DNA of 64,000 nt from a candidate division WWE3 bacterium CG08_land_8_20_14_0_20_40_13 (lineage in GTDB: Bacteria > Patescibacteriota > WWE3 > 0-14-0-20-40-13). Below the pieces are notes generated by a model. It was not told where the DNA came from. It saw only the letters and a list, made by a program, of their open reading frames with translations, and made no database searches. Numbering within the stretch: the first letter of the stretch is position 1; each line of letters starts with the position of its first letter. Of the stretch, positions 52,019-62,180 are shown piece after piece. A program made the position numbers and the translations under genes. The DNA lies in the NCBI GenBank assembly GCA_002774285.1, contig PEYT01000004.1, positions 4,345 through 68,344 on the forward strand, written 5' to 3'.

Positions 52019-52357
52019 CTCTTCAACAATATTGGAGATAACGCTTAACCCAAATTGGATTCCGATAAGTATTAAGAAGAACTTAATAAGAAATTTCCAA
52101 TTGGTCTTTAAAAGAATCCACGAATATGAAATTGTCTTTTTGACCTGTATTTTACGGTTTTTTGTGATTATGTCCTTGCATTATAATGCCATATCTGATA
52201 ATAATGCAATACCCCTTTAAGGGAGTTTTTTATAACAAGATTTAGAGAAGACCACGGGCTTGCCCGTGGATAAATTTTCCAATAAATTTCTTTCGCCAAA
52301 GGCGAAAGGCGTTATATAGTACCACGCGTTCGCGTGTGGGAGTCTATTGCATATAGT

Positions 52358-54466
52358 ATGGAAGACAAAGAATTTGGAGAAATTCCATTAGACAGAATTA
52401 GAAATATTGGTATTATTGCTCATATTGACGCCGGAAAAACTACAACTACCGAGGCGGTGCTTTTTCATACCGGAAAAACTCATAAAATTGGAAAAATTGA
52501 CGCCGGTGATACGCAGATGGATTGGATGGAGCAGGAAAGAGAAAGAGGAATTACAATAACTTCTGCCGCGACCACTTGTTTTTGGCGCCGCCGTTTTGGT
52601 TCATATCACGAGGTTTTTCGTATTAATATCATAGATACCCCGGGTCATGTTGATTTTACCGCAGAAGTGGAGCGGTCATTACGCGTTTTAGATGGCGCGG
52701 TTGTAGTATTTGATGGAAAAATGGGAGTAGAGCCACAATCCGAAACAGTGTGGCGCCAAGCCAATAAATATCGTGTGCCAAGAATTTGTTTTATTAATAA
52801 AATAAACCAGATCGGTGGAGATTTTAATAAAAGTCTGGCTTCAATAAGAGATCGCTTAAGCCCCAAAGCTTTTCCGATAGTTTTGCCTATCGGTTTTGAA
52901 AAGGATCTTCATGGATTAATAGACCTTACTCGGATGAAGGCATATACATACAAAGACTATCTTCAGGACGATCTTGAAGAAGAGGATATTTCGGAAGATT
53001 TAATGGAAATAGCTAAAAAAGCTAGATTGGAAATGATAGAAACAATTGCCGAATTTGACGACGCGGTTTTAGAGAAATTTTTAAATGGTCAAGAAATAAA
53101 TAATGAAGAAGTATTAAGAACTCTTAGAAAAGCAACTTTGTCCGGTCAGGTTTATCCGGTTTTTGGAGGAGATGGTCGTGGTGTTATTGTCAAAGCTCTT
53201 CTGGATTTTGTTGTAAACATTCTTCCTTCACCACTGGATCTTCCGCCTGTAAAGGGAATTAATCAAAAAACAGGGGCGGAAGAAATTAGGAAACCGGAAA
53301 CTAACGAGCAGTTTTCGGCGCTTGCTTTTAAAGTGCAAACGGATCCTTATGTAGGCCGCTTAACTTTTTTTAGAGTTTATTCCGGAACATTGCAATCGGG
53401 ATCTTATGTACTTAATGCAACAAGAGGGGAACGGGAAAGATTTAGCCGTATTGTTTTAATGCATGCAAATAACCGCGAGGATGTAACGCAGGTAAAGGCT
53501 GGGGAAATTGCCGCTGTAGTTGGACTTAAAAATACTTTTACCGGAGATTCCATCTGTAACGAAGAACACCCAATTCTACTTGAAGCGATCTCTTTTCCGG
53601 AACCAGTTATCTCTATGTCTATCGAACCAAAAACTAAACAAGATCAGGAAAAAATGGGGATGGCGCTTAAAAAGCTTTCGGAAGAAGATCCTACCTTTAA
53701 AATAAAATCAAATGCCGAAACCGGACAAACGCTTATTGCCGGAATGGGCGAGCTTCATCTTGAGATATTAGTTGATAGGATGAAAAGAGAATTTAAAGTA
53801 GAGGCCGCTACAGGCGCTCCGCAGGTGGCTTACAAAGAAACTATCAAAAAGACCGTGGAACAGGAAGGAAAATATATCAGACAATCCGGAGGTCGTGGTC
53901 AGTATGGTCATGTATGGTTAAGGCTGGAACCTAGAAATCCCGGAGAAGGTTTTATATTTGAAGACGAAATTGTTGGCGGATCCATTCCAAAGGAGTATAT
54001 TCCAGCCGTGGAAAAAGGAGTAAAAGAGGCTTTGGAAAGTGGTGTAATTGCAGGTTACCCGGTAATTGATGTGCTGGTTGCGCTTTATGACGGATCTTTT
54101 CATGAAGTCGACTCATCGGAAATTGCTTTTAAAATTGCCGCGATAGAAGCTTTTAAAGATGGGGCGCGGAGGGCAGATCCGGTGTTACAGGAGCCTATTA
54201 TGAAAGTGGAAGTAACGGTTCCGGATCAGTTTATGGGAGATGTCATTGGCGATTTAAGCTCAAAGCGTGGTAGAATAGAAGGAACTGAAAGCAAAGCAAA
54301 TCTAACTGTGATAAAATCCCTCGTGCCGCTCGCGGAGCTTTTTGGGTATTCCACGATTTTACGGAGTATTACACAGGGGCGGGGAAGCTTTAATATGGAG
54401 CCAAGTCACTATCAGGAGGTTCCGGGAAATGTTGCTTTAAAGATAGCAGAAGGAAGGAAAAAGTAA
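52358..54466 (+). CDS. fusA: elongation factor G
   Basis: [23 protein letters not shown] and the full EF-G domain set. The start is taken at MEDKEF, 8 codons inside the track ORF. Confidence 0.9.
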   Translation: MEDKEFGEIPLDRIRNIGIIAHIDAGKTTTTEAVLFHTGKTHKIGKIDAGDTQMDWMEQERERGITITSAATTCFWRRRFGSYHEVFRINIIDTPGHVDFTAEVERSLRVLDGAVVVFDGKMGVEPQSETVWRQANKYRVPRICFINKINQIGGDFNKSLASIRDRLSPKAFPIVLPIGFEKDLHGLIDLTRMKAYTYKDYLQDDLEEEDISEDLMEIAKKARLEMIETIAEFDDAVLEKFLNGQEINNEEVLRTLRKATLSGQVYPVFGGDGRGVIVKALLDFVVNILPSPLDLPPVKGINQKTGAEEIRKPETNEQFSALAFKVQTDPYVGRLTFFRVYSGTLQSGSYVLNATRGERERFSRIVLMHANNREDVTQVKAGEIAAVVGLKNTFTGDSICNEEHPILLEAISFPEPVISMSIEPKTKQDQEKMGMALKKLSEEDPTFKIKSNAETGQTLIAGMGELHLEILVDRMKREFKVEAATGAPQVAYKETIKKTVEQEGKYIRQSGGRGQYGHVWLRLEPRNPGEGFIFEDEIVGGSIPKEYIPAVEKGVKEALESGVIAGYPVIDVLVALYDGSFHEVDSSEIAFKIAAIEAFKDGARRADPVLQEPIMKVEVTVPDQFMGDVIGDLSSKRGRIEGTESKANLTVIKSLVPLAELFGYSTILRSITQGRGSFNMEPSHYQEVPGNVALKIAEGRKK

Positions 54467-54574
54467 TCTACTTATTATAAGTTTTTAGTAAAAAGTTTTT
54501 GTGTTTTTTGTTTCAAGGGTCGATGTTCGCAATGACGCGCGTAAACACCGATTTTTGAACAAGATCTAAAAAAT

Positions 54575-55768
54575 ATGGCGGAATTTCAAAGAACAAAACC
54601 GCATGTAAATATTGGAACAATTGGTCATGTTGACCACGGGAAGACTACTCTTACCGCGGCAATAACCAAGGTCCTTTCTTCAAAAGGCCTTTCTCAATTT
54701 TATGCCTATGATCAAATTGATAAGGCACCCGAAGAAAAAGCCCGTGGAATTACTATTAATATTACCCATGTGGAATACGAGACCGAAAAAAGACACTACG
54801 CCCACATTGATGCTCCCGGTCACAGAGACTACATCAAAAACATGATTACCGGAGCCGCACAAATGGACGGAGCTATTTTGGTTGTGGCCGCAACAGATGG
54901 AGCAATGCCACAAACCAGAGAGCATGTTCTTTTGGCGCGTCAAGTTAATGTTCCGGCTCTTGTTGTATTTTTAAACAAAGTAGACGCATTGCCGGGATCC
55001 GACGCCGAAAAGAACGAAATGTGCGATCTTGTTGAAATGGAACTTAGGGACATGCTTAAAAAGTTTGAGTACCCCGGAGACGAAATTCCTATAATTCGCG
55101 GCTCCGCACTAAAAGCTTTAGAAGGGGATGCAACTTCCGTAAAGGCAATAGAAGATCTAATGAAAGCCGTTGATGACTATATTCCAACCCCTAAGCGCGA
55201 TCTGGACAAGCCCTTCTTGATGCCAATTGAGGATGTGTTTAGCATAAAGGGTCGTGGTACTGTTGTTACAGGAAGAATTGATCGCGGTATTGTAAAAGTA
55301 AATGACGAGGTAGAAATTGTTGGTATAAAAGCCACATCAAAAACCGTGGTTACTGGTGTGGAGATGTTTAAGAAATCCCTTAACGAAGGGCAGGCCGGAG
55401 ACAATGTTGGTATTCTCTTAAGAGGTGTGGAAAGAGATGGCGTAGAACGCGGGCAGGTTTTGGCAAAGCCCGGATCCATTACTCCTCACACAGAGTTTGA
55501 GGCCGGTGTTTATGTCCTCTCCAAAGAAGAAGGTGGAAGGCATACACCGTTCTTTACCGGATATAAACCGCAATTTTACATCCGAACTACCGATGTTACA
55601 GGAGAGACCGCGCTTCCAGAGGGTGTCGAAATGGCTATGCCTGGTGATAATGTAAAGCTTGTTATTAAACTTATTACTCCAGTTGCTATGGAAGAAGGTA
55701 TAAGATTTGCTATTCGTGAAGGCGGTCAAACAGTTGGAGCAGGAGTGGTTTCTAAGGTTATTAAGTGA
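54575..55768 (+). CDS. tuf: elongation factor Tu
   Basis: [18 protein letters not shown] and NKVD. 397 aa. Confidence 0.95.
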   Translation: MAEFQRTKPHVNIGTIGHVDHGKTTLTAAITKVLSSKGLSQFYAYDQIDKAPEEKARGITINITHVEYETEKRHYAHIDAPGHRDYIKNMITGAAQMDGAILVVAATDGAMPQTREHVLLARQVNVPALVVFLNKVDALPGSDAEKNEMCDLVEMELRDMLKKFEYPGDEIPIIRGSALKALEGDATSVKAIEDLMKAVDDYIPTPKRDLDKPFLMPIEDVFSIKGRGTVVTGRIDRGIVKVNDEVEIVGIKATSKTVVTGVEMFKKSLNEGQAGDNVGILLRGVERDGVERGQVLAKPGSITPHTEFEAGVYVLSKEEGGRHTPFFTGYKPQFYIRTTDVTGETALPEGVEMAMPGDNVKLVIKLITPVAMEEGIRFAIREGGQTVGAGVVSKVIK

Positions 55769-55786
55769 TAAGAGGTTATAGTTAAC

Positions 55787-55816
55787 GCGCGGGCTGTCGG
55801 CCCGCGCAAGTTTTTT
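55787..55816 (+). terminator. rho-independent terminator between tuf and rpsJ
   Basis: GCGCGGGC-TGTCG-GCCCGCGC hairpin followed by AAGTTTTTTG. Confidence 0.6.
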
Positions 55817-55819
55817 GTC

Positions 55820-56128
55820 ATGTCAAAAGGAAGAATAAGAGTAAAACTAAAATCGTACGATAGCCGAGTAGTTGATCAAAGCGCTACTAAGATTGTCGAT
55901 ACCGCAATAAGAACAGGCGCTAAAGTTTCTGGTCCTGTTCCTATGCCTACAAAAAGAGAGCGGATTACGGTACTGCGCGGTCCTCACATTGACGCTAGGT
56001 CTAGAGAACATTTTGATGTAAGAACACATGTACGGATTATTGATATTGACAACCCGACTCTAAGCACTATGGATCAGTTGTCTCATTTAACTCTCCCTGC
56101 CGGTGTCGGAATAGAGATAAAAGCGTAG
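55820..56128 (+). CDS. rpsJ: 30S ribosomal protein S10
   Basis: 102 aa, S10 pattern. Confidence 0.9.
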   Translation: MSKGRIRVKLKSYDSRVVDQSATKIVDTAIRTGAKVSGPVPMPTKRERITVLRGPHIDARSREHFDVRTHVRIIDIDNPTLSTMDQLSHLTLPAGVGIEIKA

Positions 56129-56148
56129 GTCCCACCCCTTTTAAAAAT

Positions 56149-56580
56149 ATGAAGCAAATTAAAGGAATTAAAAAAGAAATGGGAAGTTTTTTTGATACGG
56201 CCGGAAATGTGGTTTCGTGTACCACTGTTTCCGTTTCGGTATGGCCGGAGTTTGAAATAGTGGAAGGAACCAAAGTAAAAATAGTTGGAAAATCAAAAGG
56301 ACGGGGTTTTACTGGTGTTATGAAAAGATACGGACATAAAGGCGGCCCTGCTACACACGGACAATCAGATAGGCAACGAGCGATAGGTTCAACAGGACCT
56401 TCCACTCCGGGAAGGGTTTTTAAAGGTCTTAAAATGCCGGGGCGGTTTGGAGGAACACAGGTAACCGTGCTAGGTTCCAAAATTGTTGCAATGGACAAAG
56501 AGGCAGGTATAGTAAAAGTTTTGGGTGGAATCCCTGGGGCTTTTAATAGCAAAGTTTTGTTAAAAATATATGAGTCTTAG
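56149..56580 (+). CDS. rplC: 50S ribosomal protein L3 (reduced, 143 aa)
   Basis: The KGRGFTGVMKRYGHKGGPATHGQSDRQR block is L3. About 60 aa shorter than the E. coli protein (the internal loop is missing). Confidence 0.8.
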   Translation: MKQIKGIKKEMGSFFDTAGNVVSCTTVSVSVWPEFEIVEGTKVKIVGKSKGRGFTGVMKRYGHKGGPATHGQSDRQRAIGSTGPSTPGRVFKGLKMPGRFGGTQVTVLGSKIVAMDKEAGIVKVLGGIPGAFNSKVLLKIYES

Positions 56581-57214
56581 GGTTGATGTTATAAATACAA
56601 AAGGGGAAAAAGTGGGGGATCTTACTCTCCCCAAAGAGGTTTTTGGTGTAATACCTAACGAAACCGTTGTTTCGCAATATATTAGAGTTTATTTGACAAA
56701 TCAAACTCAGGGAACGCATAAAACAAAAACAAAAAGTGAGGTATCTGGGGGTGGTCGTAAACCTTATGCTCAAAAACACACTGGTAGGGCGCGTCGCGGT
56801 TCTACCAGATCTCCGGTTGTAGTGGGTGGTGGTGTTTCTCATGGACCGCTCCCTTTTACCAAAAGGTTAAAGGTTACAAAATCACAAAGAAAAGCGGCGT
56901 TGGCTTCGGTGCTTTCCGCCAAGGCCATAAGTCACGATATTATGGTGTTGGATAATCTAGGACTTACTAAATTTAAAACTTCCGCAATGCGAAGCGTTGT
57001 ATTGGATATAAAAGCCAAAGAGAAAAATCTGTTTATTCTGGATACCAAAAAAAGCAAAGACGAGACAAAGTTTGCATTAATTTCTTCTCGGAACATCCCG
57101 GGGGTAAAAGTGGTTGGCGTAAAAAATGTTAACACCTACGACATCTTAAACGCGCAGAGTGTAATTTTTGAAAAAGAGGCGGTGGGTCAGCTTAAAGAGA
57201 TGTTTACGGCTTAA
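56570..57214 (+). CDS. rplD: 50S ribosomal protein L4
   Basis: L4 pattern and position in the S10 operon. Confidence 0.85.
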   Translation: MSLRVDVINTKGEKVGDLTLPKEVFGVIPNETVVSQYIRVYLTNQTQGTHKTKTKSEVSGGGRKPYAQKHTGRARRGSTRSPVVVGGGVSHGPLPFTKRLKVTKSQRKAALASVLSAKAISHDIMVLDNLGLTKFKTSAMRSVVLDIKAKEKNLFILDTKKSKDETKFALISSRNIPGVKVVGVKNVNTYDILNAQSVIFEKEAVGQLKEMFTA

Positions 57215-57216
57215 TT

Positions 57217-57534
57217 ATGAATACTATACTCATAAAACCAATTATCACAGAGAAATCGATGAGGCTTGCAAAGACTGGAGTATTTTGTTTTTTTGTGGCA
57301 AACAAGGCTACTAAAGGGGCAGTTTCTGACGCTATTCACACACAATTTGGAGTAGATGTTACAGAAGTCAGGACTTCTAAAACATACCCAAAAATAAAAA
57401 GAAGCATGACCAAAACCAAAAGATCGTTTAAGACGGCGCCTTACAAGAAAGCGCTCGTTATGATTAAAAAAGGACAAAAAATACCATTATTTGAACTTGG
57501 AGAGGACAAAGAGTCCAAGGCAAAAAAGAGTTAA
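57217..57534 (+). CDS. rplW: 50S ribosomal protein L23
   Basis: Position and size, MNTILIKPIITEKS. Confidence 0.85.
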   Translation: MNTILIKPIITEKSMRLAKTGVFCFFVANKATKGAVSDAIHTQFGVDVTEVRTSKTYPKIKRSMTKTKRSFKTAPYKKALVMIKKGQKIPLFELGEDKESKAKKS

Positions 57535-57540
57535 TTTGCT

Positions 57541-58368
57541 ATGCCACTCATAAAACACCGTCCCTCAACGGCGGGTCTTAGAGGGAAAATTAGTTTTAAG
57601 AAAAAATACGCTAAAAGACAAAAGGTGCGTGGACTTATTGTTTCGCAAAAAGGCCCGGTTGCAAGATCTCGTGGGACGGTTAGTATGCGGCATCGCTCTA
57701 GGGGAGTAAAAAAATCCTATCGCGTAATTGACTTTAAAAGAGACAAATACGATATCGTGGGTAAGGTCGCAGGGATTGAATACGATCCAAATCGCGGTTC
57801 GTCCATTGCGCTTATTTTTTACAAAGATGGCGAAAAACGCTATATTTTGCACCCTAAGGGCTTGGAAATTGGGGATTTTGTGGTATCATCCAGAGGCGTT
57901 GTGGATCCAAAACCGGGAAATTCCGGTCCCCTTTCCAATTTGCCCCTTGGAGTTCAAGTTCATAATGTGGAATTACATCCGGGGCGCGGTGGAGAAATTG
58001 CGCGGGGAGCAGGAAACTTTGCTCTTATTACAGCAAAAGAAGGGAAATACTGTACGCTGAAACTTCCAAGTGGGGAGATTAAAAAATTGCAAGCGCATTG
58101 TCTTGCTACTGTTGGGGTATTGGATAACGAAGAGATAAAAAATATTAGCTATGGCAAGGCTGGAATTAAAAAATATTTAGGAAGAAGATCCAAAGTTCGT
58201 GGGGTAGCATACGGAAATCCAAGATCGCACCCACATGGTGGAAGTTACAAGACTTCCGGAGTGGGAAGAAAATCTCCGGTTTCTCCATGGGGACAGCCGG
58301 CGAAGGGATTTAAAACCAGAAGGCGTACGCACACCAATAAATACATTATTGAGCGGAGGAAAAAGTAA
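57541..58368 (+). CDS. rplB: 50S ribosomal protein L2
   Basis: 275 aa, with the conserved GRRSKVRG...HPHGGSYKTSG block. Confidence 0.9.
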   Translation: MPLIKHRPSTAGLRGKISFKKKYAKRQKVRGLIVSQKGPVARSRGTVSMRHRSRGVKKSYRVIDFKRDKYDIVGKVAGIEYDPNRGSSIALIFYKDGEKRYILHPKGLEIGDFVVSSRGVVDPKPGNSGPLSNLPLGVQVHNVELHPGRGGEIARGAGNFALITAKEGKYCTLKLPSGEIKKLQAHCLATVGVLDNEEIKNISYGKAGIKKYLGRRSKVRGVAYGNPRSHPHGGSYKTSGVGRKSPVSPWGQPAKGFKTRRRTHTNKYIIERRKK

Positions 58369-58374
58369 CAAATT

Positions 58375-58731
58375 ATGAGCAGATCACAAAAAAAAGGACC
58401 ATATGTGGATCCAAAATTAGAAAAAAAAGTAAAAGCTTTACGATCAAGTACAGCAAACCGTCAGATAAAGACATGGAGTAGACGATCTACTATTAGCCCG
58501 GAAATGGTGGGATTTACTTTTGAAGTGCATAACGGAAAGATATTTATTCCCGTATTTGTTACGGAAAGCATGGTAGGGCATAAACTTGGGGAATTTTCTC
58601 CAACCCGGACCTTTAGAGCGCACAGCAAAAAAGGATTAAAGAAAGAGGGAAGCGCGGATGCCCTCGCAAAGGCAACCGTTCCAACAGCACCCGCAACGCC
58701 TACTAAAGGATCTCAGCCTAAAGGTAAATAA
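58375..58731 (+). CDS. rpsS: 30S ribosomal protein S19 with a Lys/Ala/Pro-rich C-terminal extension
   Basis: KKGPYVD...[10 protein letters not shown]...GHKLGEF core, plus ~25 extra basic residues. Confidence 0.85.
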   Translation: MSRSQKKGPYVDPKLEKKVKALRSSTANRQIKTWSRRSTISPEMVGFTFEVHNGKIFIPVFVTESMVGHKLGEFSPTRTFRAHSKKGLKKEGSADALAKATVPTAPATPTKGSQPKGK

Positions 58732-58733
58732 TT

Positions 58734-59114
58734 ATGAATGACGCAAAAGACAGTAAAAATAAAGATAGTAAAGATAAGATTATTACGGCGCGGCTTATGG
58801 GGGTTCGTACCGCCCCAAGGAAGGTTAGTCTTGTCGCAGATAGTATTCGGGGGATAGAGACTGGCGAGGCGGAAAGGCGGCTAAATTTTATGGTAAAAAG
58901 GTTTTCCGTTCCCATTTTAAAACTGTTAAAATCGGCCGTTTCTTCGGCAAGAAGTAAAGGTATTGGAGGACAATTAAAGATTTCAGAAATTCAGGTTGGG
59001 AAGGGGCAAACGCTTAAAAGATTTAGGGCGGGATCGCGCGGTTCGCCAAGATCAATATTAAAATACACATCAAATATTAAGCTTTCGTTAAAGGAATATG
59101 GGACAAAAGACTAA
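58734..59114 (+). CDS. rplV: 50S ribosomal protein L22
   Basis: Position and L22 pattern. Confidence 0.85.
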   Translation: MNDAKDSKNKDSKDKIITARLMGVRTAPRKVSLVADSIRGIETGEAERRLNFMVKRFSVPILKLLKSAVSSARSKGIGGQLKISEIQVGKGQTLKRFRAGSRGSPRSILKYTSNIKLSLKEYGTKD

Positions 59115-59736
59115 TCCTACCGGAATGAGGGTGGGAATATACAAAAATTGGAGTTCTTTGTGGTTCGGCGGAAAGCGCGAAATTCCAAGGTATGTCGTAG
59201 AAGATAAAAAAATAAAGGATTTTCTAATGACTAGGCTTGCTCCTGCCGGAATTGAAAAGGCAATTTTGGAAAGGTCGTTTGGCAATATTAAAATTACAGT
59301 TTTAATTTCTAGACCCGGCGTTGTTATAGGAAAAGGTGGGGCAGGTATAGCCTCTTTAAGAGAGGAGTTAAAAACATATACTCTTTCCAAAATCGATTTG
59401 GCAGTTGAGGAAATTAAGGAATTGGAGAAATCAGCGTATCTTACCGCTCGTGGCATTGCGGATCAGATAGAAAGACGAATTCCTTATAAAAGGGCGGTTA
59501 ACTCTGCTTTGCAAAAGGCGGTAGAAAGAAATGTTAAGGGGATAAAAATCGAAGTCTCGGGACTTTTGGGCGGAGCGTCGAGTATCGGAAGAGTGGAAAA
59601 ATTTGCTAGAGGGTCAATTCCAACACAGACTTTAAGAATAGATATAGATTATGCAGTTATAGAAACAAAGCCAAAATACGGGAGTATTGGAATTAAAGTT
59701 TGGATTAACAAGGGTGGGTTTGAGTCTGGAAAGTAA
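59098..59736 (+). CDS. rpsC: 30S ribosomal protein S3
   Basis: MGQKTNPTGMRVGI... and the KH-domain pattern. Confidence 0.9.
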   Translation: MGQKTNPTGMRVGIYKNWSSLWFGGKREIPRYVVEDKKIKDFLMTRLAPAGIEKAILERSFGNIKITVLISRPGVVIGKGGAGIASLREELKTYTLSKIDLAVEEIKELEKSAYLTARGIADQIERRIPYKRAVNSALQKAVERNVKGIKIEVSGLLGGASSIGRVEKFARGSIPTQTLRIDIDYAVIETKPKYGSIGIKVWINKGGFESGK

Positions 59737-59743
59737 AAAACCT

Positions 59744-60148
59744 ATGCTAATGCCAAAGAGAATGAAATACAGAAGGTCACACAAGATTCCAATGAAGGGT
59801 CTAAGTATCCGCGGCAGTGTGGTTGATTTTGGCGATTTTGGAATTAAAGCGATGGAGAGGGGATTTTTAACTTCAAGACAAATAGAGGCGGCCCGGAAAG
59901 CTATTACGCATTTTACAAAAAGAAACGGAAGATTGTGGATTAGAATTTTCCCAGATAAATCCGTAACAAAGAAACCTGCCGAGACAAGAATGGGTGGGGG
60001 TAAGGGCCTAGTGGATCATTTTTCTGCCTTGGTTCGTCCCGGTAAAGTTCTTTTTGAAATTTCTGGAGTTTCCGAGATTGTTGCAAAACAGGCATTGGGC
60101 CGTGCGGCAAGAAAGCTTCCTTTAAAAAGTTCTTTTGTTAAAGCTTAA
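59744..60148 (+). CDS. rplP: 50S ribosomal protein L16
   Basis: MLMPKRMKYRRSHK... The start is taken inside the track ORF 59687..60148, after the rpsC stop. Confidence 0.85.
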   Translation: MLMPKRMKYRRSHKIPMKGLSIRGSVVDFGDFGIKAMERGFLTSRQIEAARKAITHFTKRNGRLWIRIFPDKSVTKKPAETRMGGGKGLVDHFSALVRPGKVLFEISGVSEIVAKQALGRAARKLPLKSSFVKA

Positions 60149-60154
60149 CAATTT

Positions 60155-60355
60155 ATGGCGACAATAAGAGAGTACCGTGAAAAAAATGATGATATCTTAA
60201 CCGGAGATTTTAAAGCACTTGCCAAAAAGCTTCAGGATGCCAAATTTTCTCTTAATATGGGAAAGCTTAAGGACTTATCTCAGCTTTCAAAAATAAAAAA
60301 AGAAATGGCGCAGATACAAACAATTATAAGTGAAAGAAGAATTCTTAAAGGTTAA
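60155..60355 (+). CDS. rpmC: 50S ribosomal protein L29
   Basis: 66 aa, position in operon. Confidence 0.8.
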   Translation: MATIREYREKNDDILTGDFKALAKKLQDAKFSLNMGKLKDLSQLSKIKKEMAQIQTIISERRILKG

Positions 60356-60364
60356 ATTAAACTT

Positions 60365-60601
60365 ATGGCAAGAAAATCATTTATTGGCAAAGTAATTTCA
60401 ACAAAAATGGCGAAAACGGCGGTAGTTTCTGTGGAAATACCAAAGAAGGATCCGGTTTACGGAAAGAAAATCAGAAATACCGCCAAATTTAAAGCCCATA
60501 ATGAAAATATTGCCAAAATGGGAGATATGGTTTTGATTGAAGAGTGTCGACCTATAAGCCGTGATAAAAGCTGGATTATTAAGGAAATTTTAAATAAGTA
60601 A
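60365..60601 (+). CDS. rpsQ: 30S ribosomal protein S17
   Basis: 78 aa, S17 pattern. Confidence 0.85.
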   Translation: MARKSFIGKVISTKMAKTAVVSVEIPKKDPVYGKKIRNTAKFKAHNENIAKMGDMVLIEECRPISRDKSWIIKEILNK

Positions 60602-60602
60602 T

Positions 60603-60971
60603 ATGGTGCAGGTAGGATCAAGATTAAAACTTGCGGATAATTGCGGAGCTAGGGAGCTTTTTCTAATAGGTATTCCCGGGGATTCGCGGCGCAGATTTGC
60701 CTTTATTGGCGATATGGTGACTTGCGTTGTAAAAGGAGCGGCAAGTGTTGGTGCGGTAAAAGATCATACGGTTGTTAAAGCGGTTATCGTACGATGCAAA
60801 AAGGAAACGGGTCGGAAAGATGGATCTTACATAAGATTTGATGATAATGCGGCCTGTGTGGTGGGAAAGGACAAGCTTCCCGTGGGAACGCGGGTTTTTG
60901 GTCCGGTGGCAAGAGAGCTTCGCGATGTGGGATATATGAAGATTATTTCGTTAGCCGAAGAAGTTTGGTAA
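60603..60971 (+). CDS. rplN: 50S ribosomal protein L14
   Basis: 122 aa, [16 protein letters not shown]... Confidence 0.9.
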   Translation: MVQVGSRLKLADNCGARELFLIGIPGDSRRRFAFIGDMVTCVVKGAASVGAVKDHTVVKAVIVRCKKETGRKDGSYIRFDDNAACVVGKDKLPVGTRVFGPVARELRDVGYMKIISLAEEVW

Positions 60972-60975
60972 CAAA

Positions 60976-61065
60976 TTATAGATTCTAGCCACATAAAATG
61001 TGTCTAGAATATATAACGCATTATAGATTCTAGCCACATAAAATGTGTCTAGAATATATAACGCA
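60976..61065. repeat. perfect tandem duplication of a 45-bp unit (TTATAGATTCTAGCCACATAAAATGTGTCTAGAATATATAACGCA), each carrying a nested ~13-bp-arm hairpin, in the rplN-rplX spacer
   Basis: Copy 1 at 60976-61020 and copy 2 at 61021-61065 are identical. Inside each unit ATTCTAG-C-CACAT-AAA-ATGTG-T-CTAGAAT forms an imperfect palindrome. A further small hairpin TTTCGCC-TTT-GGCGAAA follows. Confidence 0.85.
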
Positions 61066-61114
61066 TTTCGCCTTTGGCGAAATATAAATTTAGGATTTTT
61101 TCTTTAATCTTGTT

Positions 61115-61423
61115 ATGAAAATAAACAAAGGGGATAATGTAAAAATATTGTCAGGAAAAGAGAAGGGGAAAACCGCAGTGGTGGAAAAATCGTTTCCCCG
61201 TGAAGGTCTTATTGTGGTTAAGGGTGTTAATGTTGTTAAAAGGCACACAAAAGCGCAAGGCAAAGGAAAGCCCGGAGGAATAATTATTAAAGAAATGCCA
61301 ATTGCGGCATCCCGTGCCCTTTTGATTTGTCCTAGCTGTAACAAACCTTCAAGAATGGGTTTTAAAATAGTTTCTGGAAAGAAATACCGTCGTTGTACAA
61401 GATGCAACGAGGTTATTAAATAA
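61115..61423 (+). CDS. rplX: 50S ribosomal protein L24 with a C-terminal CxxC...CxxC zinc ribbon
   Basis: KOW-like N-terminus, then CPSC...CTRC. Confidence 0.85.
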   Translation: MKINKGDNVKILSGKEKGKTAVVEKSFPREGLIVVKGVNVVKRHTKAQGKGKPGGIIIKEMPIAASRALLICPSCNKPSRMGFKIVSGKKYRRCTRCNEVIK

Positions 61424-61425
61424 AT

Positions 61426-61992
61426 ATGAATAGTCTTTTGGAAAGATATCACAAAGAAATAAGAGAAAAATTGCAAAAAGAAATGGGCGTCAAAAATATC
61501 TTGGCGGTTCCAGAGATTAAAAAAATTACAGTAAATATGGGTGTTGGGCGTTTTAAGGGCGAAAAGGCTTATCGTGAGCAGGCTATGATGGATTTAACTA
61601 ATATTACTGGGCAAAAACCCAATTGGCGTCAGAGTAAAAAAGCAATTTCAAGCTTTAAACTTCGCAAGGGTGAAGATGTTGGATTGGCGGCAACTTTAAG
61701 AGGGGCTAGGATGTGGGATTTTATGCAAAATCTTGTTATGGTCGTGCTTCCCAGAATTAGAGATTTCCGCGGTCTTTCTCCGGATTCCTTTGACGGGTCA
61801 GGTAATTATAGTATAGGGATTAGAGAACATACGGTATTTCCTACGGTAGATACTGGAGAGGTAGATAAGATAAAAAGTTTGCAGGTTACAATTTGCACAA
61901 CAGCAAAAGATGACAAGAAGGCCCACCTTCTGCTAAAATCCTTGGGCGTTCCCTTTAATAAAAGAAAAGAGGAGTTAAAAGAAAAAAAGTAA
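61426..61992 (+). CDS. rplE: 50S ribosomal protein L5
   Basis: 188 aa, L5 pattern. Confidence 0.9.
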   Translation: MNSLLERYHKEIREKLQKEMGVKNILAVPEIKKITVNMGVGRFKGEKAYREQAMMDLTNITGQKPNWRQSKKAISSFKLRKGEDVGLAATLRGARMWDFMQNLVMVVLPRIRDFRGLSPDSFDGSGNYSIGIREHTVFPTVDTGEVDKIKSLQVTICTTAKDDKKAHLLLKSLGVPFNKRKEELKEKK

Positions 61993-61993
61993 C

Positions 61994-62176
61994 ATGCCAA
62001 AAAAAGCGCTCATCTTAAAACAGAAAAAAACTCCAAAACATAATGTACAAAAGTACAACCGTTGCAAGCTCTGTGGACGGGACCGCGGGTATATTAGAAA
62101 GTATGGAATTTGCAGAATCTGTTTTAGGGAACTTGCATTAAACGGTAATTTGCCCGGGGTTACAAAAGTAGGTTAA
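61994..62176 (+). CDS. rpsZ: 30S ribosomal protein S14 type Z (zinc-binding)
   Basis: 60 aa with CKLC...CRIC. Confidence 0.85.
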   Translation: MPKKALILKQKKTPKHNVQKYNRCKLCGRDRGYIRKYGICRICFRELALNGNLPGVTKVG

Positions 62177-62180
62177 AAAT

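Noticed and set aside
60976-61065. CRISPR array
   Set aside because: Only two directly abutting identical 45-bp units with no spacers, and no cas genes anywhere in the window.
61090-61476. Minus-strand 128-aa ORF 61090..61476 and other antisense ORFs across rpoB, rpoC, fusA, tuf and the 16S gene
   Set aside because: They are antisense to strongly conserved genes or rRNA, with low-complexity or atypical composition. Treated as spurious.
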